64,000 bases of DNA. It comes from Felis catus. Lineage: Eukaryota. How positions within the stretch are numbered: position 1 is the first letter of the stretch; the number at the start of each line of letters is the position of its first letter. Location of the stretch: positions 217,622,001 to 217,686,000 of the forward strand of contig NC_058368.1 in the NCBI RefSeq assembly GCF_018350175.1, given 5' to 3'. Of this stretch, positions 52,038 through 64,000 are shown piece by piece. The notes beneath the pieces are model-generated. The model was not told where the DNA came from, made no database searches, and was given only the letters and a program-made list of their open reading frames with translations. The translations under genes were made by a program, and so were the position numbers.

Positions 52038-52265
52038 GGGGCGCCTGGGTGGCGCAGTCGGTTAAGCGTCCGACTTCAGCCAGGTCACGATCTCGCGGTC
52101 CGTGAGTTCGAGCCCCGCGTCGGGCTCTGGGCTGATGGCTCAGAGCCTGGAGCCTGTTTCCGATTCTGTGTCTCCCTCTCTCTCTGCCCCTCCCCCGTTC
52201 ATGCTCTGTCTCTCTCTGTCCCAAAAATAAATAAACGTTGAAAAAAAATTATAAAAAAAAAAAAA
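52038..52265 (+). mobile_element. Young feline-type CAN-SINE, TSD gaaaagaaatttga
   Basis: CpGs intact; TSD at 52024-52037 and 52266-52279. Confidence 0.96.
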
Positions 52266-53156
52266 GAAAAGAAATTTGAAAGTAAGAGTAATTAAGTGGC
52301 TATGATTTCAAGCCACACAGATGGCAGACCCAGGACTAGGAAAACAGGCACCCGATATGTAGCTTGGTGCTTTTTCTACTGTAAAATGTTCAATAGAATT
52401 TTTTGTGTGACCTGTAATTTGCAGCTTCGTCTTCACACGAGGGCACATGTGTAACTTACAGCAAGCACAGCTAAGAGGTGTCATAATTTCTCAAAGTCAA
52501 CACTGATTTTATGAAACCTTAAAAGCATTTATTTGTATCTCTTTCTAAGCTTTGTGAATACCACTAAAAGAAAAACAAATAAGTTGAATAAACTGTGCAA
52601 CGTGATTGTAGTTATGGTGCCCCCTAGCTTTAAAATCTTTTGCTTTCTGGTATCATGTGGCATATTACTCATTGTTTCAAAACTATATTCATAGTGTCCT
52701 TGATCTGTAAGAGTGGCTGTGCTAAGCACTTTTGTTTTTGAAAAGTGCATCTGTTATGTTCTCTGCCTTTGACACAATCGTTATTTAGTGGAGGCAACAG
52801 ATTGGTAACCAATTATTATTAAAACACACTGGGACATTCTAACAATGTTAAAAGAGGAGATGTTGGAGTGATTGGATTTTTCTTTAAGGTTGGATATTGC
52901 AGCGGCTGGGAATTGGACAATAATTCATAGAGATACCTTGCACGGTAATACTTGATGGACATTTTTTTATCCTTAACTAATTGTTATATTATACAGAACC
53001 ATAAAAAGCTTTGCTATAATTTCTGAAAATGGGCTCTTTTTATTTCTTTAATGTCAGTGATATTTTTAAAACCCAAACACTGATTTAAAATGTCCTATAA
53101 AAACAACATGAGTTGCTTTTTGTTGTGCTTTATTTCATTTATTGACTTGGTTTCAG

Positions 53157-53274
53157 CTGATTCAGACTGTCAGTGTCATGGACAGAGATGATCCTCCCCG
53201 AGGCCACAAATTTTTCTTTGAACCAGTGCCAGAATTTCCTCTCAATCCGAACTTCACCATTGTAGATAATAAAG
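53157..53274 (+). CDS. CDH9: Cadherin-9 coding exon, EC5 (118 nt)
   Basis: tttcag|CTGATT...AAAG|gtatag; [39 protein letters not shown]; followed by a 97-nt intron. Confidence 0.96.
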
Positions 53275-53371
53275 GTATAGAATATTTTTAAAAGTAAAAT
53301 TATAAGGCCTTATGTTCTAAAATTAAAGACTGGACTGAATTGTTTCCCCCACTTTTTTTTTTTTTTTTTAG

Positions 53372-53623
53372 ATAATACAGCAGGAATCATGACTCGAAAA
53401 GATGGGTATAGCCGCAACAAAATGAGCACCTATCTACTACCGATTTTAATATTTGACAATGATTATCCAATTCAAAGCAGCACCGGCACACTCACTATCC
53501 GTGTGTGCGCTTGTGATAATCAAGGAAACATGCAGTCCTGCAATGCAGAGGCCTTGGTCCTCTCGGCGGGTCTCAGCACAGGGGCTCTGATCGCCATCCT
53601 TCTCTGCATCATCATACTCCTTG
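53372..53623 (+). CDS. CDH9: Cadherin-9 coding exon, EC5 end and most of the transmembrane helix (252 nt)
   Basis: poly-T tract then ag|ATAAT...CTTG|gtaagc; [15 protein letters not shown]...VCACD...SC...[18 protein letters not shown]. Confidence 0.97.
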
Positions 53624-55204
53624 GTAAGCTCTGCCTCTGAATGTTCATTTGACTTAAATAAGTCTCTCCTGCACTAATCAGTGATGGGGCTACTGAAAAG
53701 CACACTTCTCTAGAGTGAAAGATTGACATTTTTAACTCTTTATTGAAATTGTTCTTTCGACTTGAAAAAAAATCTAGTTGTCTCTGAGGATAGGACTAGC
53801 TTTCTAGAGATGAAAACCAGAGCTAACAGCTCATGCCATATACATGTATACACACACATTTTAAAATCTATTTTGTATTAGACTGTTTAGTACTAGCTAA
53901 TCATGGTCACTGTTCTCAGGACATTTACTTTTACAACTGATTTACTTTTTGTATCAACTCCATAAGATGGATACTCTGGTTCTTCTCAAGGAAGACTAAG
54001 TAACTTACATAAATTCAGTCATTTAGAAAGTTTTTTAAATAGCGTTCAATATATTAGTCTATTTAAGAATTCTCCTTCTAAACCATTATTCTCAAAGTCC
54101 AAGACTACCTTCACAAATAATATAACTAACAAATACCAAGTTATGTATATTAGACACCTAGTTGGCAAATGCATTTAAATGGTCAATATAAGATGAGCAT
54201 TTTATTGATACAATTTGAACATAGGTGCAAATTAAAGGTTTAAGTTCATTTTTAAAAATATCAGTATGGCATTGTGGTCTACGTAGTCCTGCAGTATTTT
54301 CTAAATAAAGTCATGCTTGCTATAGCAAATGTTTGATTTGAGCATGCCCTAACAGGACAACGATTTAATTCAATTAAACAGTTGTTCCACTGTAAAACAT
54401 TCCCCCCAAAATTGTTTCCATCAAATATTCATCCAAAATGCTTATGCTTAGGGCATGAGAGCCAGCCAAATTTATGTTCCAATGCTCATATGTGCTGGCT
54501 CCTTTTCACCGCAAATCCTTTCAAGCAATCTGGATGAAATCCCTCTGGCCAGATATCCTTATGCGACTTCAGTGGGGGATTGATAAAAGTGAGGGGAAAA
54601 CATTTGTCTCAGTTCAAATGATCCAACTATTTAGAAAAACATTTTTTCAGGGTGCTTTAGAACATACATACACCAACACCAGTCCACATCTCAGAACTGC
54701 TGCTAGAAATTTCAGCTCTTCTGTAAAATATTTTTGTATCCCCATGAAGTATCAATTTTGGCTTACCTTTCAGCTAAGTGCTACTGATATTATATTGTTT
54801 TATTTGGTCACATAGCTCTACTTTCCTAATTTAGGACAACATGGAAATATGCATATTTTAAATTTGACTTTTAAATTTCTATATTAAGATAATACACACA
54901 CAAAGACACGCATGCATACATGAGGAAACAAAAGTGCCCCCTAATAAGCTTACATACTATGTCTTATGACACTAAATTGTTTAACAGTTTTTTCGAAGCA
55001 GAAATCCTACAAGGCTGTTTCTTTATTTTGAGAACTCGGCCACCTTCCTGCCCTATACAATATAGAAGGCACACATTTCTTGTTTTCCACCTTCCCAACC
55101 GATTGCATAAAGATGGAGGGATTTTCTATTATTTTAGTTAAAATTGTTTCTAATTCAGAAGGCTTCATTATCAAAGTTCCTAAAACATTTTTTTCTGTGA
55201 TTTC

Positions 55205-55594
55205 ATCTTTTTAAAAAGTTTTTGTTTGAATTCCATTTAGTTAATGTACACTGTAGTTTTAATTTCAGGTGTACAATATCAACACTTCCATACAACACAC
55301 TGTGCTCATCACAAGTGCACTCCTTAATCCCCATCACCCATTTAACCCATCCCCCCCCCCCACACACACACACAGTTCCCCTCCAGTAACCCTCAGGTTG
55401 TTCCCTATAGTTAACAGTCTGTTTTATGCCTCTCTCTCTTTTTTCCCATGTTGATTCCACATATGAGTGAAATCATAGGGTATTTGTCTTTCTCTGACTT
55501 ATTTCACTTAGCATAATACTCTTTAGCTCTGTCCACATTGTTGCAAATGGCAAGATTTCATTCTTTTTATGTCTGAGTAATATTCATTGTGTGT

Positions 55595-55640
<46 letters not shown>

Positions 55641-56210
55641 ATATATATATATACACATATGTATGTGTATATATATGTATATACATATGTATGTGTATAT
55701 ATATATATATTCTCCACACACATATATACATATGTATACACATACATATGTATATGTATGCATGTATATATGTATGTGTATATATGTATGTATATATACA
55801 TACATACATATATACACATACATATATACATATATATACATACATATATACACATACATATATACACATACATATATATGTATATATATACATACATATG
55901 TGTATATATATATGTATGTATGTATATATATATATATATATTTATCTTCTTTATCCATTTATCCATTCATCTGTGGATGTACATTTGGGCTATTTCCATG
56001 ATTTGGCTATTGTAGGTAATGAATTAGTATATTTGTATTCTTTGGGTAAATATCTGGTAGTGCAATGTCTGAATCATAGGGTACTTTTATTTTAAACTTT
56101 TTGAGAAACCTCCATACTGTTTTCCAGAGTGGCTGCACCAGATTGCATTACCACCAACAGTGCAAGAGAGTTCCTTTTTCTCCACATCTTCACCAACACC
56201 TGTTGTTTGC
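55205..56210 (-). mobile_element. Carnivore L1 3' fragment with large internal TA/CA expansion
   Basis: L1 3' UTR and ORF2 end sequence flanking low-complexity 55590-55940. Confidence 0.9.
55590..55940. repeat. About 350-bp TA/CA/TG low-complexity expansion
   Basis: Direct reading; produces spurious YI-rich ORFs in all six frames. Confidence 0.97.
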
Positions 56211-58482
56211 ACACAGTTACTAAATATCTATAGTTAAAAGAATTGCCTCTTTGCAAGACAGTGATATAGCATGGACAATAATATCTCAGACCTACCTTTA
56301 CAGTTTGAAGAAATATAGTTCTTAGAGTTTGTCTTGTTACAAGGCAAAGTCGAGGATTAAAACCTGATGCAGGACTTTTTAACTGTTTTAGTTCCTTAGA
56401 CACCTTGGGAATCAAACTATGGGAACTATTTAGAATAATAAATTAATAATATGATATATAAAAAAGGAAATATGTTTATCCAAATTAAATAAGAAACAAA
56501 AGCAAAATGTGTTTAATTATTGTCATATGTGCCTTATTCTAGTGCAAGTCTAATGATTATTTAAGATATATCATAACTAAAATGCAATATAAAATATCTA
56601 TGATTTCTGTTGGTTTAATAGTCATACATACTGTTACTATCACTACAGTACTTGTATATTCTGATATTCATATTAGAAATACTAAATTCCAGTAATAGAT
56701 TAATAAAAATAATGACATACATTTTTCTATTCATTATCTTTACCTTTCTAAATTCCATTCACATAACCTCAGTCTAGGGAAATGAAGCAGGTAATTGTGA
56801 CCCAACAAAGGAGAAAAAACAGAACAGGTTCCAAGGTCCATTTGTGGGAGTTAATAAATATTATATTAACTAAGAACACTTAATATAATTTGACTATGTT
56901 GTTCTTATTTTATAGTCAGAGCTATAAAAATTTTGAGGAAAGTAGAGAATTTATAAATTAATTCAATATTAAATTTATAAACAAAAACTTTTTTCTACTT
57001 CATGATTCACTAGATTGGTGGATTTCAGATCTATGCTGAGTTAATTAACTTATGGTCATCCTTTAATAGGGGAAATAGAGATATGTCTCATTTTTTTTGA
57101 ATAGTTTTTTGTTTTATTGTCTCTAAGATGATTCTGAATATAGCTCAGCACCCGGAGCCTATTCTATGGAGGTTAACTGAAGATGTTACTAATGATTTTT
57201 TTTATTCTTTCTACCAATTATTAGGAGCTAAGGAAAGTGTTTTGGCTGATATGACAATAGCATTGGGCAGACTTTAATGGAGTTACAAGAAACTCAAGGG
57301 CCATGGTGAAGTGTGGTTTCAATGTAAATGAGTTTGCTTTGTGTGATTTCAATACAAAAATCAAGAAAAGAAATGATAGATTTTTGAGCCAACATGTTCT
57401 TGTTTTTTAATAAAACCTAAATAGTATTAGCAAAACATTTAGCTGCCTAACTTAAGGAAAAGCTGTTTTTTATTTCTCTCATGCAATGTCTAAGTGTGTT
57501 CTGGGAAAGTTTATCTTCATTTAATTTTTAACTTTTCTTATACACAAAATTAGGAACTTGTTCCATTTTCAATGAAAAATTTATATTTTGGAAATTATGT
57601 ATTTTTTCTTACTTTTAAATGTATTTGTAAATCGCAAAATGTATTTATTTTGCATACATTCATTGTCACATATATGCATATGTTACATTTTAGTAACATA
57701 ACAAAAATAAGAAAGTATATTTCATGTGGGGAGTTCACAATTAATTTGATAACACAAGTATATAAAAAATAAAATGATACAGCAAATAAGGCATTACAAA
57801 TAACAGGTCAGCCAGAAAGTTCCAATGTACTTCTATAAGTCAAGGAAATCCTCAATAACAAGATAATTAGTCTGAACTATCTTTAATCTGAACTATCTTG
57901 TAAGATGAGTACAGGTTAAAGATAAGTAAGAATTTGAATTCCATATCAGAGCTTATAGAGTGATGGCTCAGATTTTAGGTAGGCTTTCAAAACCAGGTCC
58001 AAAAAGGAATTTAAATAGATAAGAGCTATTAGAAGGATTAGATCAGTAGCACATATATATTTTTGTGTATATTATATACACACATATATTGCACTTTTAT
58101 GTATATATGCATGTATATGAGTGATGTTTTGCATATATTGAGTCATTAAGAAACTATTAAATTATTGCTTAATTTATCTTGAGCTAATAATGAGTGTAGC
58201 TTTCGAATTTTAGTATTTTTAAGCAAGTTTGCTGTTGGAAGGAATGAGATATCACATAATTAACAGCTGGCTAAATGAATTAGCCATAACTGAATAAGGA
58301 TTTTTCAATGCCAGAGCTCTACAGGAGAGTGACTCTTGAAAGTAAATAAATGGACTGTAATATCTGCTCTTTTATCAATACAGGACATTTAGTCATTGGC
58401 CCAAGGCACTGTATATTTGTGTAGGATAGTCACTTTTTATCCAAACAAATCTTAGCATCTCTCATACTACACAAACTTCCCT

Positions 58483-58635
58483 TTCCAAAATGTGCTATAT
58501 TTAATTTAAACCTGAACCATGGAATCTCACTATTTTCTCTTTGTTGTTGTTGTTGTTCCAAAGGGTGCTATATTTAATTTAAACCTGAATCATGGACTTT
58601 CACTATTTTCTCTTTGTTGTTGTTATTGTTGTTGT
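58483..58635 (+). repeat. 73-bp tandem duplication upstream of the last CDH9 exon
   Basis: ttccaaa..gtgctatatttaatttaaacctgaa(c/t)catgga..tcactattttctctttgttgttgtt starting at 58483 and 58556. Confidence 0.95.
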
Positions 58636-58647
58636 TATTATTAATAG

Positions 58648-59135
58648 TTTTAGTTGTGCTGTTTGCTGCACTGAAGAGGCAGAGAAAAAAGGAACCTCTG
58701 ATAATTTCAAAAGATGATGTCCGTGACAACATTGTGACCTATAATGATGAAGGTGGTGGGGAAGAAGATACCCAAGCTTTTGACATTGGCACCTTAAGGA
58801 ATCCAGAAGCAAGAGAAGACAGTAAACTTAGAAGAGATGTAATGCCTGAAACTATTTTTCAGATAAGGAGGACTGTGCCTCTGTGGGAAAATATTGATGT
58901 ACAAGATTTTATCCATCGAAGATTGAAAGAAAATGACTCAGACCCAAGTGCACCACCTTATGATTCACTGGCAACATATGCCTACGAAGGCAATGATTCC
59001 ATAGCCGATTCACTCAGTTCTTTGGAGTCTCTCACAGCCGATTGTAACCAAGATTATGATTACCTCAGCGACTGGGGACCTCGTTTTAAAAAGCTTGCTG
59101 ATATGTATGGGGGTGATGACAGTGACCGAGATTAA
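58648..59135 (+). CDS. CDH9: Cadherin-9 last coding exon: end of TM helix and cytoplasmic tail (488 nt including TAA)
   Basis: aatag|TTTTA; p120-binding [10 protein letters not shown], beta-catenin-binding PPYDSL...SLSSL and [20 protein letters not shown]; ends GGDDSDRD* as I recall for CDH9. Confidence 0.97.
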
Positions 59136-59695
59136 GAGTATCGTATGACTTGATCCATGTTAGTGGAAGTACGCTTCTTGTTACTAGATTGAGTGGCCTG
59201 CATTCTCTTCCTTGGAGGAAATTTTTTAAAAATTGAAATTACAAACAATACGTAGGTGTTGTCTTAGTAAGGGTTTGCTTAATCAGTAAGTTTCTGTGAA
59301 TGACTATGAATGATATAGATTTTTAAAAAAGTAATAATAACCAGTTCACTCTCTTTGCCTAGCAATCTCTGAACGAAAGTATATCACATCAATAATCAAT
59401 ACAAATTACATAAAAGGCTTTTTGTGCCTTTCCTTAAATATAAAGACTTTATAAATGTTTTCTTAACTGACTTATAGTCACCTTTACTATTAAACATTGT
59501 GCAACTGCTTTGTAAATTAATATGAAAATATATCCCTAAAGAAATAGGAATGACTATTACTGCCATATTTATTTAGTTGAAGAATGTCTTTGTGTTAATT
59601 CATTCATATTTTTATAAATGTATATTTATATTTTTGTATTTTTATGAAATAAACTAGTATTTATAAAAATAAATATCATTTTATTTACTTCCTAG
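59136..59695 (+). other. CDH9: CDH9 3' UTR (proximal end inferred)
   Basis: Repeat-free AU-rich sequence after the stop codon, ending near paired AATAAA; cleavage site inferred. Confidence 0.7.
59648..59673 (+). terminator. Polyadenylation signals (AATAAA at 59648 and 59668)
   Basis: Two AATAAA hexamers preceded by TGTA motifs (about 59619 and 59635) and followed by a T-rich tract. Confidence 0.7.
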
Positions 59696-62367
59696 AAACA
59701 GTTCTGATCTCACTGATAACAGAAATTTTTTACATCTTTATAGACAAAACACAATTTACTCAGGGAAAAAACAGCTAAGTTACTGCATGTGATTTGGAAC
59801 TAGAATGTAGCAAGACTATAAAAGAGCTTTAGTATAAGATATGATTTTTTGTTTCTGCCACTTGAATATGGACAAATGCTTATTCAACCACTGATATCTA
59901 CCCATCAATAGGATATGAGACCTTTGAAATATAAACTATTATAAATATACTTGTGAATGATTATGGTTTTTATATAATTTTTTCTATAGAATCAGCCAGT
60001 GAATTTTATTTGAGAGTATATGAAGTATGTGTAAGAAATGTTATGTGTATCAGGGAAAAAAATGTAAATCACTCTTTCTCCTTCAACAGAAGTTTTCAGA
60101 ATGAAAAGGAATAGTTCTGATTTTGTTCTCCTCATCAGATAATTCATGGAATATAAGCCAGGTGACATTTAAAATGAGTATCAACAAACTAGAGGGTTTT
60201 TTTTTAATTTAAAACTTTATTGCATAGATTCAAAGTCACTGTATTTCAGGAAATCTTGAAATAACTGGTGACATGTAGGCTGAAGATTAAAAAAAAATTA
60301 GGGAATGTGTGGTTTTACTAATGATTGGGATTGTAAAAAAAAATCTGTTTTTGGACAGAATTTGGACTCTTTAAGACATGAGAAAGAGGAAGAGAGTGGC
60401 AGAATTGTGCATAAAAATCATTAGCAAATCTCTGAGACTGCTATGCAGAAAACCTGCCTCGGTTTAATCTGAAGAATAAAACCTAAACTAAAATATGGAA
60501 ACTTCACAAGGAGATTGCATACTATTCATTTCCTGTGCCATGAATTATCTTTTGCTTTCTCTTTTATTATTCATCCTTTAAGGAGTAAATATCATACCCA
60601 GGGTCATTCTTAATGTGGAATTTATTTAGAAATTTAACACTGACTAGTCTGTTACCAAGCCTTTTTAAATAGCAAATACCAATTATAGACAAATTTGTGT
60701 ATTCTGTTACTATGTTATAAAATTTTCAAAGACCATTCAAGAACTTTAGCACCAGTAGCTGACACATATTACAGATTTAATTTGATGCTGAGAAAATAAA
60801 ATATACTTTGCACTAAAGAAAAATTTGAAATTTTTCTAATCATTGGAATTTTCCAGAAAACAGAAAGTTTTTAAGTTTTAGGTTTAGTTTAGAAAGTTGT
60901 TTTTTTTTTGTTTTGTTTTGTTTTTTTTAACTTTAGAAAGTAATTAAGTTTTCCCATTGCTAGAGCTATTCCAGCATGAATCAGACAAATATTTGAGGAG
61001 GATAACGTTGAGTGGCTTAAAGCAGTCGGCAAAAATGAATTAGATATCTATTAAACTTCTTATCACTTTATTCTATAATCACTAGAATAAGTGGCAAGAA
61101 GTAAACAAATTAAGAAGAGGCTATAATGACTGTACGTGTAACAGCTGTATAGAAATGAAGAAAAAATCATGTTGAGTCAGAAAAGGGGAATTGGTAGTTA
61201 CATTGCATGCCTGGGTTTACCACACTTCAAATACTAAGCGCATCACAACAAACCAAGCTACCTGTAAGTTGTAAACCTACAACTGCAATGAGGAAATCAT
61301 ATTAATACCACATAGAATAAGACATTAAATTTGTAAGCTTGATTATGAATAAATATTCATTTGATTACCATTTTGCAGCACTTTAATAAAACTGGTTTGA
61401 GTTCTCCCTTTCCTGGATCTGAGAATGACTGATATACTGATGTCTCTGTGAGGACAGAGCTAATAGATTTCATACTTAATAAGTATATGATTGTTTTTGC
61501 TATCAATCAAGGAGTCCTATTTGGTGAAAGAAATTACCAGTTTCATGAAATATTAATGCTTTTCATAATTTTCTAATAATCTATGAAATTCCTGTAGTAG
61601 GAAAATGCATTTAGAAGACTGATCAGCTTTTTTGTAAATAAAAAAAAAATTCCTAATTGAGAAGTAAAAAAAAAAAGAAAAAGAAAAATATAACTTCCCC
61701 ACCCATACCCACACAAAAAATAGAGATAATATTTACTCTATTGTATTTGGATAATTTTATTTCATTAAGATACACACAATACATTCAATAATATTAGTTT
61801 CCATCACTTGATTCTCATGGGACTGAGACACTGGTAAAATCTGAGGAAAATTAATTCTTAAAGTGTGTTTACTTTCCAAACAAAATAAATTAGTTAGCTT
61901 TGACTGTTTAAACTTAAGATAAAATTGAAGCTAGTTGAGTAAACATTTTTTTCCAAATATAATTAAAACAATCATTGTTTTATATATTCAATAAATTCAA
62001 AATAATATATGTCTATATTTATCTCTGAAGTTTTTTTCAGAGAGAGGAACCTATCTACATTATTTACACTTTAAGATATGGACTGGGTGGTAGTATCTTC
62101 AATCCTGCTCTTAGACACGTGAAATAGATTCCAGTCACTTAAAAAAATCAATTTAGTAAAGAAAAGAAAACAGCATTACCAACACAAAGCAGTAAAAAAA
62201 TAAGGGGAAAAAATCCTACCATAGCCAGTGGTTGAACTGACCTCAGTTGATTATTCCTTCCACTTTGGCGTAACCACTATAGCTGGCTGCCAGGATCCTT
62301 TATTATATTCGGTATTTTTTTATTTTACTCAGCCTCCCTGACTGGCTTCTTCTGACCAAGCCCTCTT

Positions 62368-62492
62368 TTTTCTTTTCTTTTCTTTTCTTTTCTTTTCTTT
62401 TCTTTTCTTTTCTTTTCTTTTCTTTTCTTTTCTTTTCTTTCCTTTCCTTTCCTTTCCTTTCCTTTCCTTTCCTTTCCTTTCCTTTCCTTTCC
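62368..62492. repeat. Compound (TTTTC)14(TTTCC)11
   Basis: Direct reading. Confidence 0.96.
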
Positions 62493-62559
62493 TTTTCTTA
62501 ACTTAAATTCTGGCTCTTGATGATCTATCCACTTTCCCAGTTTCTATACATTTTTACAT

Positions 62560-63645
62560 CAATATCCATATGAACATATAGATATATCAATATAGAGATA
62601 AATTGAAAATTCTCAAACTTAGACCTCCATCTTTGGAGGTCTACAACCCACTAGCTTTGCTTCATTCCTATAATCCAAACATATTTCCAATGAACTGTTC
62701 TAAATTTCCACATGAAAGTTTAATGAAGTGGGATATGTCCAAATATTAACCTCTAATTTTTGCCCCCAAAATCTGTTCTACTCTCAAAGTGGCCCAAGTT
62801 GATGGAAAAAAAAAAAAAAAGACCACAACATCTTCCTACCTGTCCAGGTCAAAAATCTTGTAGTCATCCTTCACTTCTGTTATTCTATAATCCTTCATAG
62901 GCTATACTTTAGGAAATCCTATTGACTATACCCTCAAAATCTGTCTGGTATATAATAAATTTTCATCACATCCCCGGCTACAATCCTGGCATTTTGTGCA
63001 CCTGGATTATTGCAGTATACTTCTAAGAGTTCTTTCTTACGCACCTTGGCTCCTACCATCTATTTGAAAAGACTGAAGAGAGAATACAGACTGGTGTACA
63101 TTTCTTTTTCTTGTTTTCTCTTCCTTCCTTCCTTCCTTCCTTCCTTCCTTCCTTCCTTCCTTCCTTCCTTCCTTCCTTCCTTCCTTCCTTCTTCTTCCTC
63201 CCTTCCCTCCGTTCAATTAGGTAAGCATGAACATCTTATTTCTCTATTCAAAACCTATCAATTGTTCTTTACAGTGAAAGTCAGTCCTCACGAAGTTATC
63301 AAGTACCCTTTATCTCTTTGATCTTACTCTCCTCTAATTCCTTAACTCATTTCACTTCAGTTATTCTGGGCTCCTTGTTCTTCCTTAAAAACACTAAGCA
63401 TTTTCCCTTTGCACTGACTGATCACTATCCTTGAAATTAGTTTTCCCCAGATATTCATGAAGTTAACCATTAGAACTTCTTTCCAGTCCTGTTTCAAACG
63501 CCACTGAAAACTACAACCCCCAAAACCCATTTCTCCTTTCCCAATTTATTTTAAAATAAATATTTCCCACAGAAAATATCACTATTGAACACAATGCATA
63601 ATGTGTTTATCACTTAATTGTTTCATTTGCCAAATTCTACTAGAA
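62560..63645 (+). mobile_element. L2 LINE relic
   Basis: L2-like phrases 'ccaggtcaaaaatcttgtagtcatccttcacttct', 'ctataccctcaaaatctgtct', 'cctggattattgcagta'. Confidence 0.65.
63121..63190. repeat. (TTCC)17 microsatellite
   Basis: Direct reading. Confidence 0.97.
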
Positions 63646-63649
63646 TGAT

Positions 63650-64000
63650 TGTTGGTTCACAAACTGGCCCTTCCACACACAGGGCAAGGGGAGGTGGAAG
63701 AATGAGGAAGGCCCCTCCAGACTGGCCAGCGGCAGGTTTAATAAGCAAAGGAACTTGCATACAAGGCTTGTCTTGAGCAGCAACAGGACAAGTTACATTT
63801 CTGCACCTGCCAGCCAGAATCTTAAAAGTTTGTCAAAGGATTTAACTGGATTCAGTCACCTACTCAGCCTAGATGGCTCCTGACTCTCTCAAAGGTGCAA
63901 CACTGAAACAGCTCCTAGTGTGAGAATGGTGGGCAAAATGTACATTGTAAGGACAGGGGAGGGTTGTGAGGAGCTTCTGAAAGCCCAGGGTCTAGTTTTG
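63650..64000 (-). mobile_element. Probable ERV LTR running off the window end
   Basis: Abrupt GC rise starting 'tgttggttc', reverse-strand ATTAAA ('tttaat'); family not identified. Confidence 0.5.

Noticed and set aside
55523..56095. Six long YI/HT/CV-rich ORFs (also 13686-13983 and 15549-15873)
   Set aside because: Translation artefacts of TA/CA dinucleotide repeats
58614..58647. Poly-Leu N-terminus of the 173-aa ORF, resembling a signal peptide
   Set aside because: Intronic (TTG)n pyrimidine tract upstream of the acceptor; the start codon is TTG, not ATG
1..64000. CRISPR arrays, tRNA/rRNA genes or prokaryote-type systems
   Set aside because: None seen; tRNA-like A/B boxes all belong to SINE heads and the window is mammalian intronic DNA

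Overview
AT-rich mammalian genomic DNA, very likely from a cat or other felid (about 21 carnivore CAN-SINEs, including young feline-type copies, plus carnivore L1s). The window holds the last ten coding exons and 3' UTR of a type II classical cadherin on the + strand, which I recognise as cadherin-9 (CDH9). The exons splice in frame with GT-AG sites into 2142 nt (713 aa plus stop), running from mid-EC1 to the C-terminus. The signal peptide/prodomain exon lies upstream of the window. The introns are filled with SINEs, L1/L2/MIR relics, MaLR (MLT1) LTRs, an internally deleted ERV-L with its MLT2 LTR, and microsatellites. The most unusual item is a heavily decayed Ty3/Gypsy-like pol fossil (protease-RT-RNase H-integrase motifs in order and roughly correct spacing) at about 4.96-7.3 kb on the minus strand. 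Other notable items are a young sense-strand L1 insertion with TSDs just after a CDH9 exon, and a 73-bp tandem duplication of the branch/pyrimidine tract plus a tandem acceptor at the last exon. I found no convincing new multi-gene system. Most ORFs in the supplied track are artefacts of repeats. Repeat boundaries and subfamily names were judged by eye and are approximate.
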